DNA of 57,740 nucleotides from Harriotta raleighana (GCA_050575255.1 JBNZDD010013729.1:229260-286999), one strand, 5' to 3'. Positions 1-13,340 are shown, counted from the first letter of the stretch. Made by a program: numbers and translations. The notes: generated by a model from the sequence alone, not told the origin.

Positions 1-234
1 TGTATATATGTGGGCAGCCAATTGCGCACAGCAGCGTCCCCCACAAACAGTCGTGGATTGAAAATGACCAATTTTTATTACAGTAGTGTGGTTTTTTTGG
101 ATGCATTATTATTAGGTGTGTGTGTGTGGAGTAAGGAAACCTGCCCAAGGTTTCGCCCTGATCGGCCTGGATTTGAACACGGGTCTCATGATTGTAAGAC
201 GAGTGCTCTAACCACTGAGCCACAAAAACTCCAC
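1..234 (-). mobile_element. tRNA-derived SINE (SINE2-1_CM-like), 5' head plus core, cut by window edge
   Basis: Reverse complement gives A box TGGCTCAGTGG and B box GTTCAAATCC, then a core (GCTGTGCGCAATTGGCTGCC) shared with copies at 12.7, 13.3, 39.4 and 54.2 kb. Confidence 0.9.
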
Positions 235-1117
235 ATAGTCCTGGGAAGAATGCTGCCTTCAGTGAGGCTATCTGACAGATTTCTGGCTGAAGGACCTCCT
301 GAGAGCTTTGTGGCCCATTACTGGTTCTTGGATCTTCTCTGCGTACAACACTTTACCCTTTGAAAACCTCTCAATGCACTTCAGCCAATGAGTTACGTTG
401 AACTGTATCTTTTACAAAGTCAAATACCCACAACTATTTTGCATCAACAACATCTCAGCAGTAAGATGAATAACCAATGCGTCTGTTTTATATACCGTAT
501 GTGAATTTGATTGAGAAAGGTGCAACAGGATTCACAATGGCCGAAATATCGGGGAAACTATCAGTTCTTCTTCGAAATAATAGCGGTGGATCTGTAACAT
601 CGATTGCAACTCTCACCAAATGCAGAGCGCAGATGGAGTCAATGCTGCTGAACTCAACAAAGTTGACAGTTTGGTGGAGCAGAGCGAAGGGATATGACTA
701 TAATACTCTATACTATGTCATTGTTTGAACCTATGTGTGCTTGTGGCTGCCAGTCGCCCCCATGAATGGGAGAGCGTTCCATTTCCCAGCACTAGGTTGC
801 TTAGTGCAAAATCTATCCCCAAAAGATTTATTTGAAGCACTTCTGAAAGTAACTGGACCGAGTGAGAACCATCCACGCATGTGAGAACCATTCCCACACA
901 CGACTCCTCTCCCCATCTCCTCCACTCTATTTTCCTTCTATATTGTTTCCCGATTTGACTTTTTCGCTCTTGACCTCTCCTTTGTTTGCTTTCTTTCTTT
1001 CCTCCCATTTTGAATGGCCTCCCCTTGTAAATTTTATTGCCGCTGAGATTCTATTGCAAATAAATTTTACGATTCTAAATGGCTAGCTATTTCATTAGAC
1101 CCTGCGTGCCTTCTTGA

Positions 1118-1178
1118 TGCGTTCTGGGACGTTCGCCCGATGTGAAAGGCGCTCTATAAATGTAATGTTGTTGTTGTC
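1118..1178 (+). mobile_element. L2 LINE 3' tail
   Basis: GGGACGT...GTGAAAGGCGCTCTATAAATGTAATG(TTG)n, the same tail as the ORF-bearing L2 at 38.2-38.8 kb. Confidence 0.8.
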
Positions 1179-1749
1179 GAATGGCATTTTTCTGTGCAGT
1201 CAGTAGTTTGAGTGTATAATTCTGAATACCACTGCGAAAACGTACAGCTCAGGGAATACCAATTCAAACAGAGATCTCTGTAAATCAGGCTTCTCATCAC
1301 TTTTGATGACAGGCAGGATTTTTGTCACCCAATCTTGTCTTTCATGTTAGGACATTTCTATTGTAACTTCCTGACTTGTTTAAGCGAAAGTACATTGAAA
1401 AAAAAAAGCTCTTTTTAAAAAAAAAATTCCCCTTGTGAACTCTCATTGCAGAACTGTCTTTTTCTCTTTCTGAATCTTTATCATTCGCTGGACTGGGACT
1501 TAAAGTGGATTGATAGCTCTGTATGGAACAGCTTTTAGCTGACAGGTCATTCCGTTTCCCAGCCGTTATCACATTATCATTTGTCTTCTATAGGGTTTAA
1601 TAAGTGTACTGAGGTTAGCATCCTGTCAGAAATAAATGCACACGTCCTGATGTATGTTTTACCCATTACCTGCATCATTAGGACAGATGGACTGGATAGA
1701 ATCTGTCTGTTCATTTGTTCCATTTTCACCTCCCCCCCCCACCCCCCCC

Positions 1750-2250
1750 TTTCCCTTCCTCTCCTGAAGGTATTTTGCTGGTTTCATTCCTTCTTTTGAG
1801 TCACTCTCACAGCTGCCATTCATATAAGTTTCTCGATGGCGAGTGTCTTTCTGAAGTGAAGGGTCCCTTACCAGTGTAATTTGATGTTGTTGTTGTGAGC
1901 GAGTTACTCCACTGTGGGAAGAACAGATCACCCCTGACCCTGACCCTATCTGCATCCCCACTCTCCCCAAATGTGTTCATGGTTTTTTGGATTGATAGAT
2001 TGATGGTTAACAGCCTTCCGTTCCTGGTGATCAGGAGGAGCAGAAACCCTGGCTGATTTATTCCTCTCTGTTTCAGGGGCAGAAAACTAATTGCGGAGCT
2101 CTCCCCCAACACCTCTTACCTACCCCCGCCACCCCCCCCCACCAGTTTTTCACGACCACACAGTTCAGTACGGAGTGAGATTCGAACCTCAGGCCATTCT
2201 AGTTTGTGGTATTCAGCTAGGATATCTGTCTAAAACAATCAGTCACTCAG
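1750..2250 (-). mobile_element. Ancient tRNA-derived SINE remnant (AmnSINE2-like)
   Basis: Contains TTCCTCTCCTGAAGG and GTGATCAGGAG..GAAACCCTGGCTGATTT, collinear by eye with the copies at 30.5 and 54.7 kb; reverse B box GAGATTCGAACC at 2177-2188. Family name is from recall. Confidence 0.6.
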
Positions 2251-2729
2251 CAGCAGCAAAGCCAGTGCTCTAGTTATCAGTTTCACTGTTGGATTGTATA
2301 GTTTATTTACACACCAGGCTCCCTGCAGGCTGTTTGCCCAGTGGCGTGTGGATGGCCCAGACTTTTATTGTTTGATAGAGGGGTAGTGTGGGGAGGAGGT
2401 GGGAGCTCGCCTTTCATGTGGCTTAATTGTTTATTGACTATTAAGGGATAATTGGTGTCTTTACTCCACTAATTTATTTTCCCGCCGACTTTCCATTGCT
2501 CAAAGGCAACGCACATTAGGTAGTTGTGGGTCTTCAGGCAGAAAGATAAGCTGGAGCACAGGGGCTGAATTGGCGGGGCGTTTGGTGTTCCTTGTGTCTG
2601 CAATCAAGTGATCAGGGAACAACCAGAGGACATTTTAGCCCAGCACTGCCCAGATAACTGGAAGAAGTTGGTAAATTAAAATAGGTCATGTTCTGTGAAT
2701 CACATTGCTCTCTTTGTGTTGTGTACGTG

Positions 2730-2895
2730 ATAATCCTTGCATTTGATATAGCGCTTTTCACATGTTATCGACATCTCAAAGCGCTTCACAGAATTTATTG
2801 TAAAGTGAATTGACTGTATATTTGTGGGCGATGTGCGGAGGCCAATTGCGCGCATAGCAGTGTTCCCCACAAACAATCGTGGATTGCAATGACCA
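2730..2895 (-). mobile_element. SINE2-1_CM-like SINE, 3' half
   Basis: TAATCCTTGCATTTGATATAGCGCTTTTCAC...GTAAAGTGAATTGACTGTATATTTGTGGG...GGATTGCAATGACCA matches the full copies. Confidence 0.9.
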
Positions 2896-3286
2896 TACAT
2901 AGTCATGCTCTGTTGAGAGTTACTCTCAGGTGTGTTCCCACCCACTCCACCACTGAGTGATAGGATGTGGGCCTGAGTCACACAGTCAGCTTCCGATTTC
3001 AATCAATCCACTGTTGGAGTTTGCTATGTAGAGTCCAACTGGAAATGTGTGTGTGTGTGTCTGTATTTATTTATTTATTTATTATGTATAGGGGAGTGTG
3101 GGGGTTAATGCTCATTGCCAATAATCTGATTGATGTCACATCTGTTAATTAATGAAGCAGTTTTGCTCGCTTTACAGACACTGGGCAAATACCGCCTGTT
3201 AATAGCGTAACTGAACCTTTTTTTTTTACACAATGGAAAGCAGTGAAGGAAGAGCCCTGAACCCCAGGTATGGTAACATCCTTCAC

Positions 3287-3314
3287 AGAGAGAGAGAGAG
3301 AGATAGAGAGAGAG
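3287..3314. repeat. (AG)n microsatellite
   Basis: Direct inspection; one interruption. Confidence 0.9.
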
Positions 3315-4019
3315 TGAGAAAGGCAACGAAGGGGACCTGGACAAAAAAATGCATATATCCAAGTGTGTTGAGGGGAAGTGACAACAGGTGACAGCTGCTG
3401 AGCTGTAACAGGTGTAATCCCTGTTTCACATCCCAGCGAAAGAATCCGAATTTGGGTGAAGGACTGTTGCAAACTATGTGAATGGTTTGAGTTAGCACCT
3501 TGAGAAGTGAATGGAGGGAAAATTGAGCAGGGAACCGAAAGAAAACTGGCTGAAAGGTAAATGCAACTCACAATGTGACTTTGAGAGTAGTCACATTCAG
3601 CAACACAGAATCACGGTGATTCCTTGTCCTGTGTGTGTTTTTTTTTCTATCCATATTTCTTGTGATACATTCCTATCTCCTTCCTAAAAACGTCTACCAA
3701 TGAACTGTGAAACAGGCTGTGAAAATGGTCATTACAGTACACGCAATTGAGGCGAAAGACTGCAACTCAAATGGTGTTTCAATGAGTCAGATAATTACAG
3801 TGATGAAAATTCCCATTTTTGCTGTTTTACAAGACACAATTATTCAATCAGTATGCGGCTCAAAATCCACCATCCCACATGTTCTTCCTCATCCTTGAAT
3901 TTGCTCCATATTGCGATCAAGACCAGCTCATCGAATGGCTGACTTTTGTAAACCCACTGCTCAGCATCAAAGCGAGCGATAACTGGGTTACTAGTCACGA
4001 TGGCAGTAGTGTTACTGAT

Positions 4020-4075
4020 GATTGAACTCTCAGTGTCTAGGCTCACACATGAAGAATGACTATTGGGGCATGTGG
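4020..4075 (+). mobile_element. AmnSINE2-like fragment
   Basis: CTCAGTGTCTAGGCTCACACATGAAGAATGAC, reverse-complement homologous to 30600-30640 and 50520-50548. Confidence 0.6.
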
Positions 4076-4510
4076 ACGTGAAAATAACATTTCAAAGCAA
4101 GTGACTCCCAAGACCTGCATAACTTTACAATATCACAGCCTCACTAACGCCAGTTACAGCAGATCTCTCTTCCCCCAAGGTAATGTGTTTTTTTTTTGTC
4201 TCTAAAGTTGTCTGATTGTACTGTATAAAGGAAAACAAGAGTCATTTACCATTTTGGTTGATACATTCTTTGTGGCCTGATTCAAAGGTTCTTTCACCAC
4301 AGGAATGCTACTGTTTCCACTTAACCAAGCCTCTTAAACATACAGTATAATCAGCCTAGCAGGGAGCTGATCTACAGTACGTATAAATCTATGGCCCAGA
4401 TTTTACAATGAACATATTTGGTGGACGCTCGGAATTTCCAGACTCGCTCTTCTGTACTTATCTCCTTGGGTCTCCAAGGTTCCACCAGATTTTTTGGGAA
4501 AGTTGGAACC

Positions 4511-5251
4511 ATAACAACAACGAAATCACTTTTGCACAGCGTCTTTCACGTCGGGAGGGCATTCCCATAAGGCGGACTTAGAAAATGGAAATTCATTTCT
4601 GCCCAGAGGCATAGATCACCTCAGTCAGTTCTGCCCTAACAATGAGTTTCAATTCCAATTTAAAAATGGTCTTGTTAGGCTAGGGAGGGGTGAGGCAGAG
4701 GGATTTCAAAGGTTGAGGGCAGAATGGTTGAAGGTTCTCCTGCCGATGGTGGGGCAGGGGACATGGAGCAGGCCGGAGCCCGATGAGGGGAGGTAAGAGA
4801 TTAAGAGGCTGCAGAGATCAGTTGGGGCAAGGCCATGGAGGGCTTTAAAGGTGAGGACCAGTATCTTAAATTGCATTCTCTGAGTGATGGGAAGCCAGTG
4901 GATTTGGGCAAGAATGGGGGTGATACGATCGCGGAGTTTCGTGTGGGAAATGACAGAGTTCTGGATGATCTGATGCCTTTGCATAGTGGAGCCCGGACAT
5001 GGTGAAGGCTTGAATGAGAGCTTCAGAGGCCTGAAGGGTGAAGTAGTAGCGGAGTCAGGCAATGTTCTGGAGGTGAGGGCATGGATGTGGGGGGCAAAAG
5101 ACAGTTGAGGATCAAACAAGTACACCTAGGTTTCTGACTGGCTTAGTGAGGTGGAGTGTGCATCCATGGCGGTTGATGCCGCCATCGCCTGAGGTGCGGA
5201 GAGGCTGGGGCGAGCCATCAGGAGGGCCTCGGTCTTGTTGACACTCAACTG
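4511..5251 (-). mobile_element. L2 LINE, degenerate 3' part of ORF2 plus tail
   Basis: ORF 4706-5125 gives FDPQLSFAPHI...HTKLRDRITPILAQIHWLPITQRMQFKILVLTFKALHGLAP, the hallmark L2 ORF2 C-terminus. QLSVNKTEAL is encoded at about 5222-5251 and the (GTT)n tail lies at 4511. Confidence 0.92.
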
Positions 5252-6499
5252 TGAGACACAAATGTGACATTTTCCATTTTCTATACCTATGAGAACTGTT
5301 AATCTGCTATCCGATTAAGGGCAGGGTTTGTTACGGACAACTCTGACGAGTAACTGTTCAAAAACTCACTTCACGCAGAATCCTTATGGCTAACAAAGGA
5401 GTGGATTTGAACTCAGGTCCCGGAAGTGAAAGGTCAAGTTGCCAAATTAAAGCAGTCCCCATCATTTTTTTTTTGAATTGTTATGGGCTATAATCGAGTA
5501 ATAACAATCCTATCTTTTTAATCAAGTGAATCCAATAAATATTTTTTTTTTAAATGACCCTTTCCTTGATACCACGCACATTAGTTTTCTGCTAATGTAC
5601 CAATTATTGTGTCAGTCCCACAGCTCTCCCTCGAGACCAATAACCACGGAATCCCAGCAGGTGCTCTGAGCGACAATGAAAATATTTTCCACCTCACAAG
5701 CTGACGTCACTTCCCCCCCCCCCACCCCACTCACTATTTAATAAAAAATAAAAAAAATTCCTAAAGAGAATTCCCGGGTTCAACCAATAAACAATAAACA
5801 ATGAAAAAAGCTCGGAAAAAGTTGCTCAAGATAAACGTGCAGATGTGTCTTTGTCAGGCCTATAAATATGACAATGATCATCATTCGAATCATTGAGATG
5901 AATTTAGCTCCCTGGCTCCTGCAGCTGGAGGGGACTTCCCTCCCCCCCCCCCCCGATTTAGACCAGTGGCAAGACTGGCCTTTCTCTCTGAATTATTTGA
6001 TCCTTCCTGATCCGAACAATAGCCTCAATGCCATCTGCTCATCCGCAGCTCCCAGGCGCTCAGTTTGAATGACTCAGCCAAATGCATAATTGTCCACTAC
6101 ACAACCCAGTTTATCACTATTGTTTCCTATAATTAGAACCACAAGTATTTCTGGAGAGCTACTCGCTCCAGGGAGACAGAGTCTGGTCTTTTTATGTGCA
6201 TGATTTAAACACGAGTTTTCAGGCAGTTGTCAAAACTCAGAATGTTGTAGTTGAGGTAATTGGTTGAGTAAGTTTTGATGCTGGTAGTTTCCACGCTGAA
6301 TGCCACATTTAATGAAACACAGCATATTCACCGAGAGATCAGCTGGCCAACTCGTTTTTTTTCCCTTGTCTCTGCTTCTCCAATTCTCTCCCCTCTGTCC
6401 TGATGCTTCTATTTCACGATGGAAGAAGAGGAGATGATTTCACGGCGGGAGGTGTGTTTGAATTTCATGCAGACAGCAACCTATTTGACCATGACAGAC

Positions 6500-6613
6500 A
6501 AGTTTGCCTACAAGATACAGTCAATCCCACTTTACTATAATAAGCTGTGAGGTGCGTTGAGACGTCTCGGCGATGTGTTTAAGGCGCTGTAAGAGAGGCG
6601 AGGATTATTATTT
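6500..6613 (+). mobile_element. SINE 3' fragment (older subfamily)
   Basis: ATACAGTCAATCCCACTTTAC...GAGACGTCTC...AAGGCGCT...AGGATTATTATT. Confidence 0.7.
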
Positions 6614-8034
6614 TATTCTTAAATTGGATCCTGCCCTCATCTGATGTCTACAGTGTTTCCAGCAGAGGTCATTCGATGGAATCAGAAGCGAGAAACCCTG
6701 GCGAATGTTTCTATTTCTGCCTCTGAAATAAGAGGGTGGCGAGGCCAATTCTAGCACCTCCATACCTTCATCATGAATCCAACCAATTACATTTCCCAGT
6801 CTGCCTGGCTCAGCTCCACACTGGGCCTCAGTTGCTTTCGTCATCTCAGCCTAGAAGTGGGGGCTTTTTGTTTTGAATTTTGAGTGAATATGTGGCAGAA
6901 TCTCCTTCCCCGTTACCCCCCTACCATCCATTGTCCCACTCTCTCTGCCTACCAGTCAACTGACATGAAAAGTGGGCTCCCCCCTGCATTGGAGGCAGCA
7001 AATGCTACTTGTCTGAAAAGTTGTCCAGCCTGGCAGCCGTAGGATTTGGAGGTAAGCCAAGGGCTGGAGAGTGTTTTTCTGTCCCTTACGCCACATCCTC
7101 AGCTCTTCCCAACTGGAGTAAATCTGTCGATTTTAATCCTTGTTCGTCGGTTCCCTGCCCCCCCATTGAACTTCCAGCTGGAGGAATCTGAATGCCAAAA
7201 TAGCCAATGTACCTCTTATCAAAAGTAATGAAAATGAAACCCTTTTGATTTGAGTATATTGTCGACTCTCTACCCAGCCAGTCAGGGCAGATGTGCTTAT
7301 ACTGTCTGTCAAGCCCATTCCTGAAGATCTGATCTTCTAACTAGTCACATGACAATTTATATCCTCAGCATAGCCCTAAAGAGCCCTAATTGATTTACAG
7401 TGCCATTAAACGTTTTGGAAGTTTAGCAAGTTTTGACAGCGGCCTGTGAACACGAGTGAGGAGCGGAGTTTGGGGTGGGAGGGGGTTGGGGGTGGGGGGG
7501 GGGGGTTAAACCTGTGTGTCAGAGGAGAATGACAGGGTCAATTTAGTGCAATCTTTCATTTGGTCATAAGCCTGTCAGTTTCTCTCAGACGTCGCAAACA
7601 TTTCATATATGTTTCCAGTATTCGGTGTGAAAGGGAGAAAAGAGAAGCAAAAGAAAATTCCACCCCAATTAAATTTCAGATGTTACACTGCTCAATGATA
7701 ATATTTGTGGAACAGTAGCTAGGGACGCATGAAACACATTTAGACGCAGTTATTGCTGTCCTTAGATTCACATAATGTGAAAAGTGGGTGCTTTCAAGTG
7801 TATTAGTGACCAAATGATCTCTGACAAAATGGGTAGGATCGATTATGAATGTGTGTGTGTGCGTGTGGGGAGAGGTGGAAGGGGGTGATGAGTGAGGAAA
7901 GCATTGTAAGGGGGGCATTAGAGAAGATGGCACTCCATGAGAGTGTATGTGGAAAGGTACCAAAGCTAGTGAACGGATCAATAGGCATTTCTATTAGTCA
8001 TTAATGGAAAGCAAAGGATAAGAATAAATCCGTG

Positions 8035-8250
8035 CTTTTTTGTTTCCTCTCTCAAAGGTGTTATCTTGAATTGGGGTAGAGTTTCACATGTACCAATCTC
8101 CCTCTTATACCTCACCCAAGCAGTTGTTCTTCATATGTCCTTTTAGAGACAGTGAGTCACATTTTAGCCCCAGTTTAATGCCCAGCGGATTGCCGGCAGT
8201 TCCAGCATCACACCTGCTGACTGACCTTCAGACCTAGTCCTGTTCTTAAT
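8035..8250 (-). mobile_element. AmnSINE2-like remnant
   Basis: TACCTCACCCAAG...TTCTTCATATGT...AGACAGTGAGT, collinear with 30588-30636. Confidence 0.6.
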
Positions 8251-9999
8251 ACAGTACTACATTAGGATAATTATACAGAAATAGACCACTCACATTGCAA
8301 CAAGCGGCTGTAAAGAACTGTGGTAGGGGATGGCTGAGGAAGACCAGAGACAGTCCAGTTTTGCGTATAATATGCATTGAAAACTGATGTGGTGACCAAC
8401 TGCAAACTACATTGAGATAATATTAATGTCACCCACCACAATGTGAAGGCATCAATGATATGGACAGAACGTTGATCATTCATTAACTCCTGGGATCTGA
8501 GTGAAACTCCCTCAGTCTTTTCTGTTCCTGATCATCTATAGGCTTGAAAAGCACATGCTCATGGCTCAGCAAAGAATCTGAGTCACTTCATAATTGCGTC
8601 TGATCGTGATCAGATCAATTTCAACTATGGCTCCTGTGGCACAGAATTTAGATTGTGGGTTGTGATGCCCCACGATGGGTTTAATAACTAGTTGACTCTC
8701 ACACAGGATTGTGTGGGAAGGGTGGCTTCTTGGGCGAGTTACCAAAGGGAATTGATGGATCTACATCCCAACATGTGTCACTACCTCAGGGGAAATCAGC
8801 AAAATATTGAGAGAGTTGTTTAAAAGGAATTGGATTCACTGAAGTCAATGTTTACCTGTCATCTTGTGTGTGTGTGTGTGTGTATGGTGTCACCAATATC
8901 AGAAACAACCAGCATATCTCCTTCAACACGAACAAAGGAGCTCTTCAGCAATGATAAGGTCTTTTCACAATCAGGTTTGGAAGAGTGAAGAACTGAAGGG
9001 CATGACTCACAGAGTCTGAATGCCGTCTGAATTGTGGCGTGCTTCTGTCAGGAATGCGTTTTGGGGGCCCGGTTTAGTTCAGAGTGTGAAAGAGCGAGAA
9101 AGTCCTCGTTGTATCTGCCCACATGCATGGGCGCTAGTACTGAATACCACAAATGAGGCTAATCAGGAGTGCAGCAGCCAGCACTAAGCAAACCCCAAAG
9201 GATGAGCTTGCTATCTTTGTACAATCTCTGGCTTCTGCACATCACAAACGCTTACCTTTCATCGTTCCTCTCTTGACATGCTGTGTATATATATATATAT
9301 ATAAAAAGAGAGAGGGGTGGGGGGTGAGGGAAATCATTGTACTGTAGTTGCTATCTTGAACTTCATCATGATTATTTGGAATTTGAACAGAATCCTCTAT
9401 TTTTTTTAAAAAAAAACATTTCAGTGGTTTCAAGGAATAGTGACAATAAAAAGATGTGCTGAAATAAGGATTTGCNGTTTTTAAAAAAACAACATTTCAG
9501 TGGTTTCAAGGAATAGTGACAATAAAAAGATGTGCTGAAATAAGGATTTGCAAGTTTTGAGTCATGTTTAGCCAGTGTGAGGGGAACTGTTTCCAGCTGT
9601 CTAAGGCACACATATATCGAGTGTAGTTTTCTCACTTTACATCTTTCTACACCTGGGTAGGTAATTCCTCTCATTCACACCCTCTTCTGTTGCTCTGTTT
9701 AGTAAATTCAGTTGACTTCGTTCACTACATTTTAGACATATCATAGTCCCACCCTTAAACGCAGGCTTGATCGAGAAATGCAGCAACAAATGCTATTGCT
9801 AGGAAGAGGGATGTGGCTCCACAGTAAGCAATAAGTTATTGTGGACAAGTGCCAAATTACAGCTAGACCATTCCTCAAACGAGGACAAATAAAGCCATAG
9901 AACCAATTGTTCTGACGGAATTCAACTGTCCTGCATACGAACAGCATTCTCTGGCTTATGGTTTACTGGAGAATGAGAAAATAATGTCACAATCTTACA

Positions 10000-10290
10000 A
10001 CCAGGCCACCCAGAGACATATAAGATTAGAGGGTCTGTCCTGGCCACTGGTTATGAGGAATGGAAGAACTCAAGAAGTAGCAGCAGCAGCAGTGATTTAT
10101 TGAAGAGCTGGCCAAACAGCAGGAAGTATTTCTTTACACAGAAGTTAATCAATGGGTGGAACAGGTGACNTGATTTATTGAAGAGCTGGCCAAACATCAG
10201 GAAGTATTTCTTTACACAGAAGTTAATCAATGGGTGGAACAGGTGACCAGAAAGAATGACTGAAGCCGGAACAATTTGATGCTGCGATGG
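10000..10290 (+). mobile_element. CR1 LINE 3' ORF2 fragment (partly duplicated across an N)
   Basis: AGGAAGTATTTCTTTACACAGAAGTTAATCAATGGGTGGAAC encodes RKYFFTQKLINGWN, compare the CR1 motif R..FF..RV...WN.LP. Confidence 0.7.
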
Positions 10291-11429
10291 TGGGTATCTA
10301 TCCTTTTTGATGTCAAAAAGGACAAAAAGGGCTTTCTTCACCCAAACCTTTCTTACGATCCAGAGGAAGACTTCACATAAATGCAAAGACCAAATCTACA
10401 TTTACTGTTTCACAACAATAATAACAACAAAATAGAATTATATTTGTATAGAGCCCTTTATGGGGAAAAAATGTCCCAAAGGTACTGGATAATTACAGCT
10501 TGGTATAGCAATTGGTATCCAGGTTATTGCCATTCCTATGGTCTGATAACTCCTATGGATGGAGAAGGGCAGAGAAAGACCGACTTCGCTTACAATTCCA
10601 AAACGGCTGGCATTGCATAAGCAAAGTACACTTTTGGCATTCAACTCTATTAATATCAATCTACTAATAGCTGCTGAGATATAATCAGAGACCAATTCCG
10701 AATTGGAACGGAATCCGGACTTGCTACCAAACGAGGAGTGCGCCAAGCCATCACCCTACTTGATCTGTACCACTTGATTGGCAAAGTTACCCATTGAGCT
10801 GTCAAAGAAGCCTAAATCATAAGGTTCACCAGGATTGTTTGGAACTGATCGATGTGATTGTGTGGGGCTGAAAATGCTAATTGAGTGCTATCTGTCTCCA
10901 AACTTAAAAAAATACGCGTAGAATACTTTATTTGGTACACCTCCCAATTGCTTCTCTCTAAAACTTTATCCATCTCTCTTTAATTTGCCAACTCTGTGCC
11001 CGAGCCCGTAATTTAACCGCCCTCTGGGCAACAGAGTTCAATCTAAAATGTCTGGATGGCCCACTGATGCAAGAACAATTTTAATGCTGTGAAATTTGAG
11101 AGATTGTGCAGCCAGGAGCCACTATATATTGTAGTATATCTGTATATGTCTGAAAGGGGCAGAGGGTGCATGATTTAAATCCTGCCCTTTGAGACAAATC
11201 CTAAAAATTGTGCTAAATCTCTAGACTTCCAAGAAAAAAACAACTGCACATTGTATTCTCAAATTGCTTCCTTAGTACATTTATCAAGCTTGTGATAGAT
11301 ATCATCGTTGCTACACCCAAGCAAGTCTGTAATACCATTCCTTTCTCACTATTGTGTTCAAACAAACACTGTCGTATTTTTAGCAAAGCAACTTTTTGTC
11401 ACAATGAACTTGCACGCACAGTGTTCAAT

Positions 11430-11850
11430 GTTTCTCTCTCTCACACAACACACACACACTCAGAAAAACACACACATCATACACACGAATATAAAGCACA
11501 GAATTAGAGACACGCAAGCGCATAAAGATAGAGAGATGCATACAAACGTATATGGAGAGACAAAAAGATACAGCGAAATAGTCAGACTGAGATACGTAAC
11601 TGCACGGACGAATACAGAGAGAGAGTATTGATGCACAAAGAGAGACAGATACTAAACAGATATGCCTAAGTACATAGAGAGAATGAGACACACATAGACA
11701 AAGAAAGACATGAAAAGAGAGAGAGACACACATATACACAAAATTGTGTGAGATGCATTTACACATGTAGAGAAATGCACTCTGATCCGTTACAGAAAGA
11801 AGGAAGGAACAACACACACAAGCATGTTTAGAATTGACACACGAGATCAC
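11430..11850. repeat. Degenerate (CA)/(GA) mosaic low-complexity region
   Basis: Interleaved ACAC and AGAG runs over about 400 bp; similar mosaics at 30105-30270 and 41450-41630. Confidence 0.8.
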
Positions 11851-12708
11851 AATCTCAGTGTCTTCTTATCTTGGAGTTACCAATGTTGTTTCGAGATAAC
11901 TCAAGCTGTCTCGATCTAACTTCTCATCAGTCACCACACTGTCAAAATACCTTGTGGTTACACAAGGCTCTTAATGAGTCACGTCTGATTTGTGCGCTAT
12001 CTTCATTTACACAATTAAGACCAGATTGAGGGCAAATTGTTTTCTTACAAAAACACTGCTCCCGTCTTTCAACCGAGCTAGCCTCAGCCACAAGAAAAAA
12101 CTCCGCTGACGGACAATCAGAAGTTGTGAAAGAGAACAACAGCGCTTGAGACAATTGCATCTAACGATGCTTCTCTTCTATTAAGCAGGTGGAAGTTTCA
12201 ATGCAAAAGCTCACTGCCTCACAGCAGCCCAGGTGCCTGTTTGGGCAGGGATCCTGGGGGGAGGGGGTGTTGCAGATTGCTGCAAAGAAAAACCCTTGTT
12301 CGTCTTCCCGATGTTATCTTGCTGGCTTTTCACGGAGGTTTGTGTGCGTTACTTTGATATCAATCAGCACTCCGTGAGCAATTTTTTCAAAAAAAGATTA
12401 AACGCTTGTCTGTAAAAGCAAGCTGTGGCAGCACCTTCTCTCAATACACTTCTGAATCTCATTGAGAGATATGTATTTACATTTATAAGTAAATGAAGCT
12501 TCCCATGCATCAGAGAATCACATAGCCACAGACTTGGGCAAGAGTACAACATTTGGGTCCATGAAAACCTAGCCAAATAATAGAAGTAAACAGCCAGTAG
12601 CTAAGCGAAGAGTAAAGTCCTGAGAATATTTTTGAAGCAATACTTCAGACTCAAATCAAACTCTGCTCTCCTCTCCCTCTCTTGAAGCTGTTGACTCAGT
12701 GTGTGGGG

Positions 12709-13068
12709 AAATAATAATAATGATAATATTATAATAATCCTTGCATTTGATATACCTCTTTTCACGTCTTATCGACGTCCCAAAGAGCTCCACAGAATAT
12801 ACTGTAAAGTGAATTGACTGTACATCTGTGGGTGAAACGTGGCAGCTAATTGCGCACAGCAGTGTCTCCCACAAACAGTCGTGGATTGAAATGACCAATT
12901 TTATTATTGTGTTTTTTTTGGACAGACAGATTAGGCTTGTGTGTGTGTGTGTGTGTGTGTGAAGTAAGGAAACTTCCCCAAGGTTTCGCCCTGACCTGCC
13001 TGGATTTGAACACAGGTCTCATGCTTGTAAGGTGAGTGTTCTAACCACTGAGCTACAAGTGAGAGCTC
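12709..13068 (-). mobile_element. SINE2-1_CM-like SINE, full length
   Basis: (ATT)n tail, L2-type 3' end, core, internal (TG)n, and tRNA head with A and B boxes ending ..CTAACCACTGAGCTACAAGTGAGAGCTC. Confidence 0.93.
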
Positions 13069-13340
13069 GCCACCCTCTGATACTCCACCAGGTGAGTCAA
13101 CAGAGTGTGAATTGGTGGTGGGAGGGGAAGGAAGAGATGGGAGAAATAGATCCAGAATTAAAAGGGGCAAATGCAAAAAATAAATCATCAAAAACTGTAA
13201 ATAAAAATGTATTAAAGCAAAAATCAACAGTGGAATGGATTTGCCGGGCCAGATATTAATCCCACATTTGCTTCTTACTGAAACTCACCTTTCAGATGTT
13301 CACAGAGGCGGAGAACAACAACAACAACATTACATTGATA

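Noticed and set aside
1268-1281. Short palindromes (ACAGAGATCTCTGT; also 10692-10706 and about 30321-30353)
   Set aside because: Arms of 7-11 bp are expected by chance or from decayed MITEs, and there is no supporting context or miRNA-like hairpin.
8780-8788. let-7 seed match ACTACCTCA
   Set aside because: An isolated short match with no evidence of a 3' UTR.
9401-10247. CRISPR-like or functional tandem direct repeats
   Set aside because: Only two copies each, always split by a single N and with no spacers; the context is eukaryotic. Treated as assembly overlaps.
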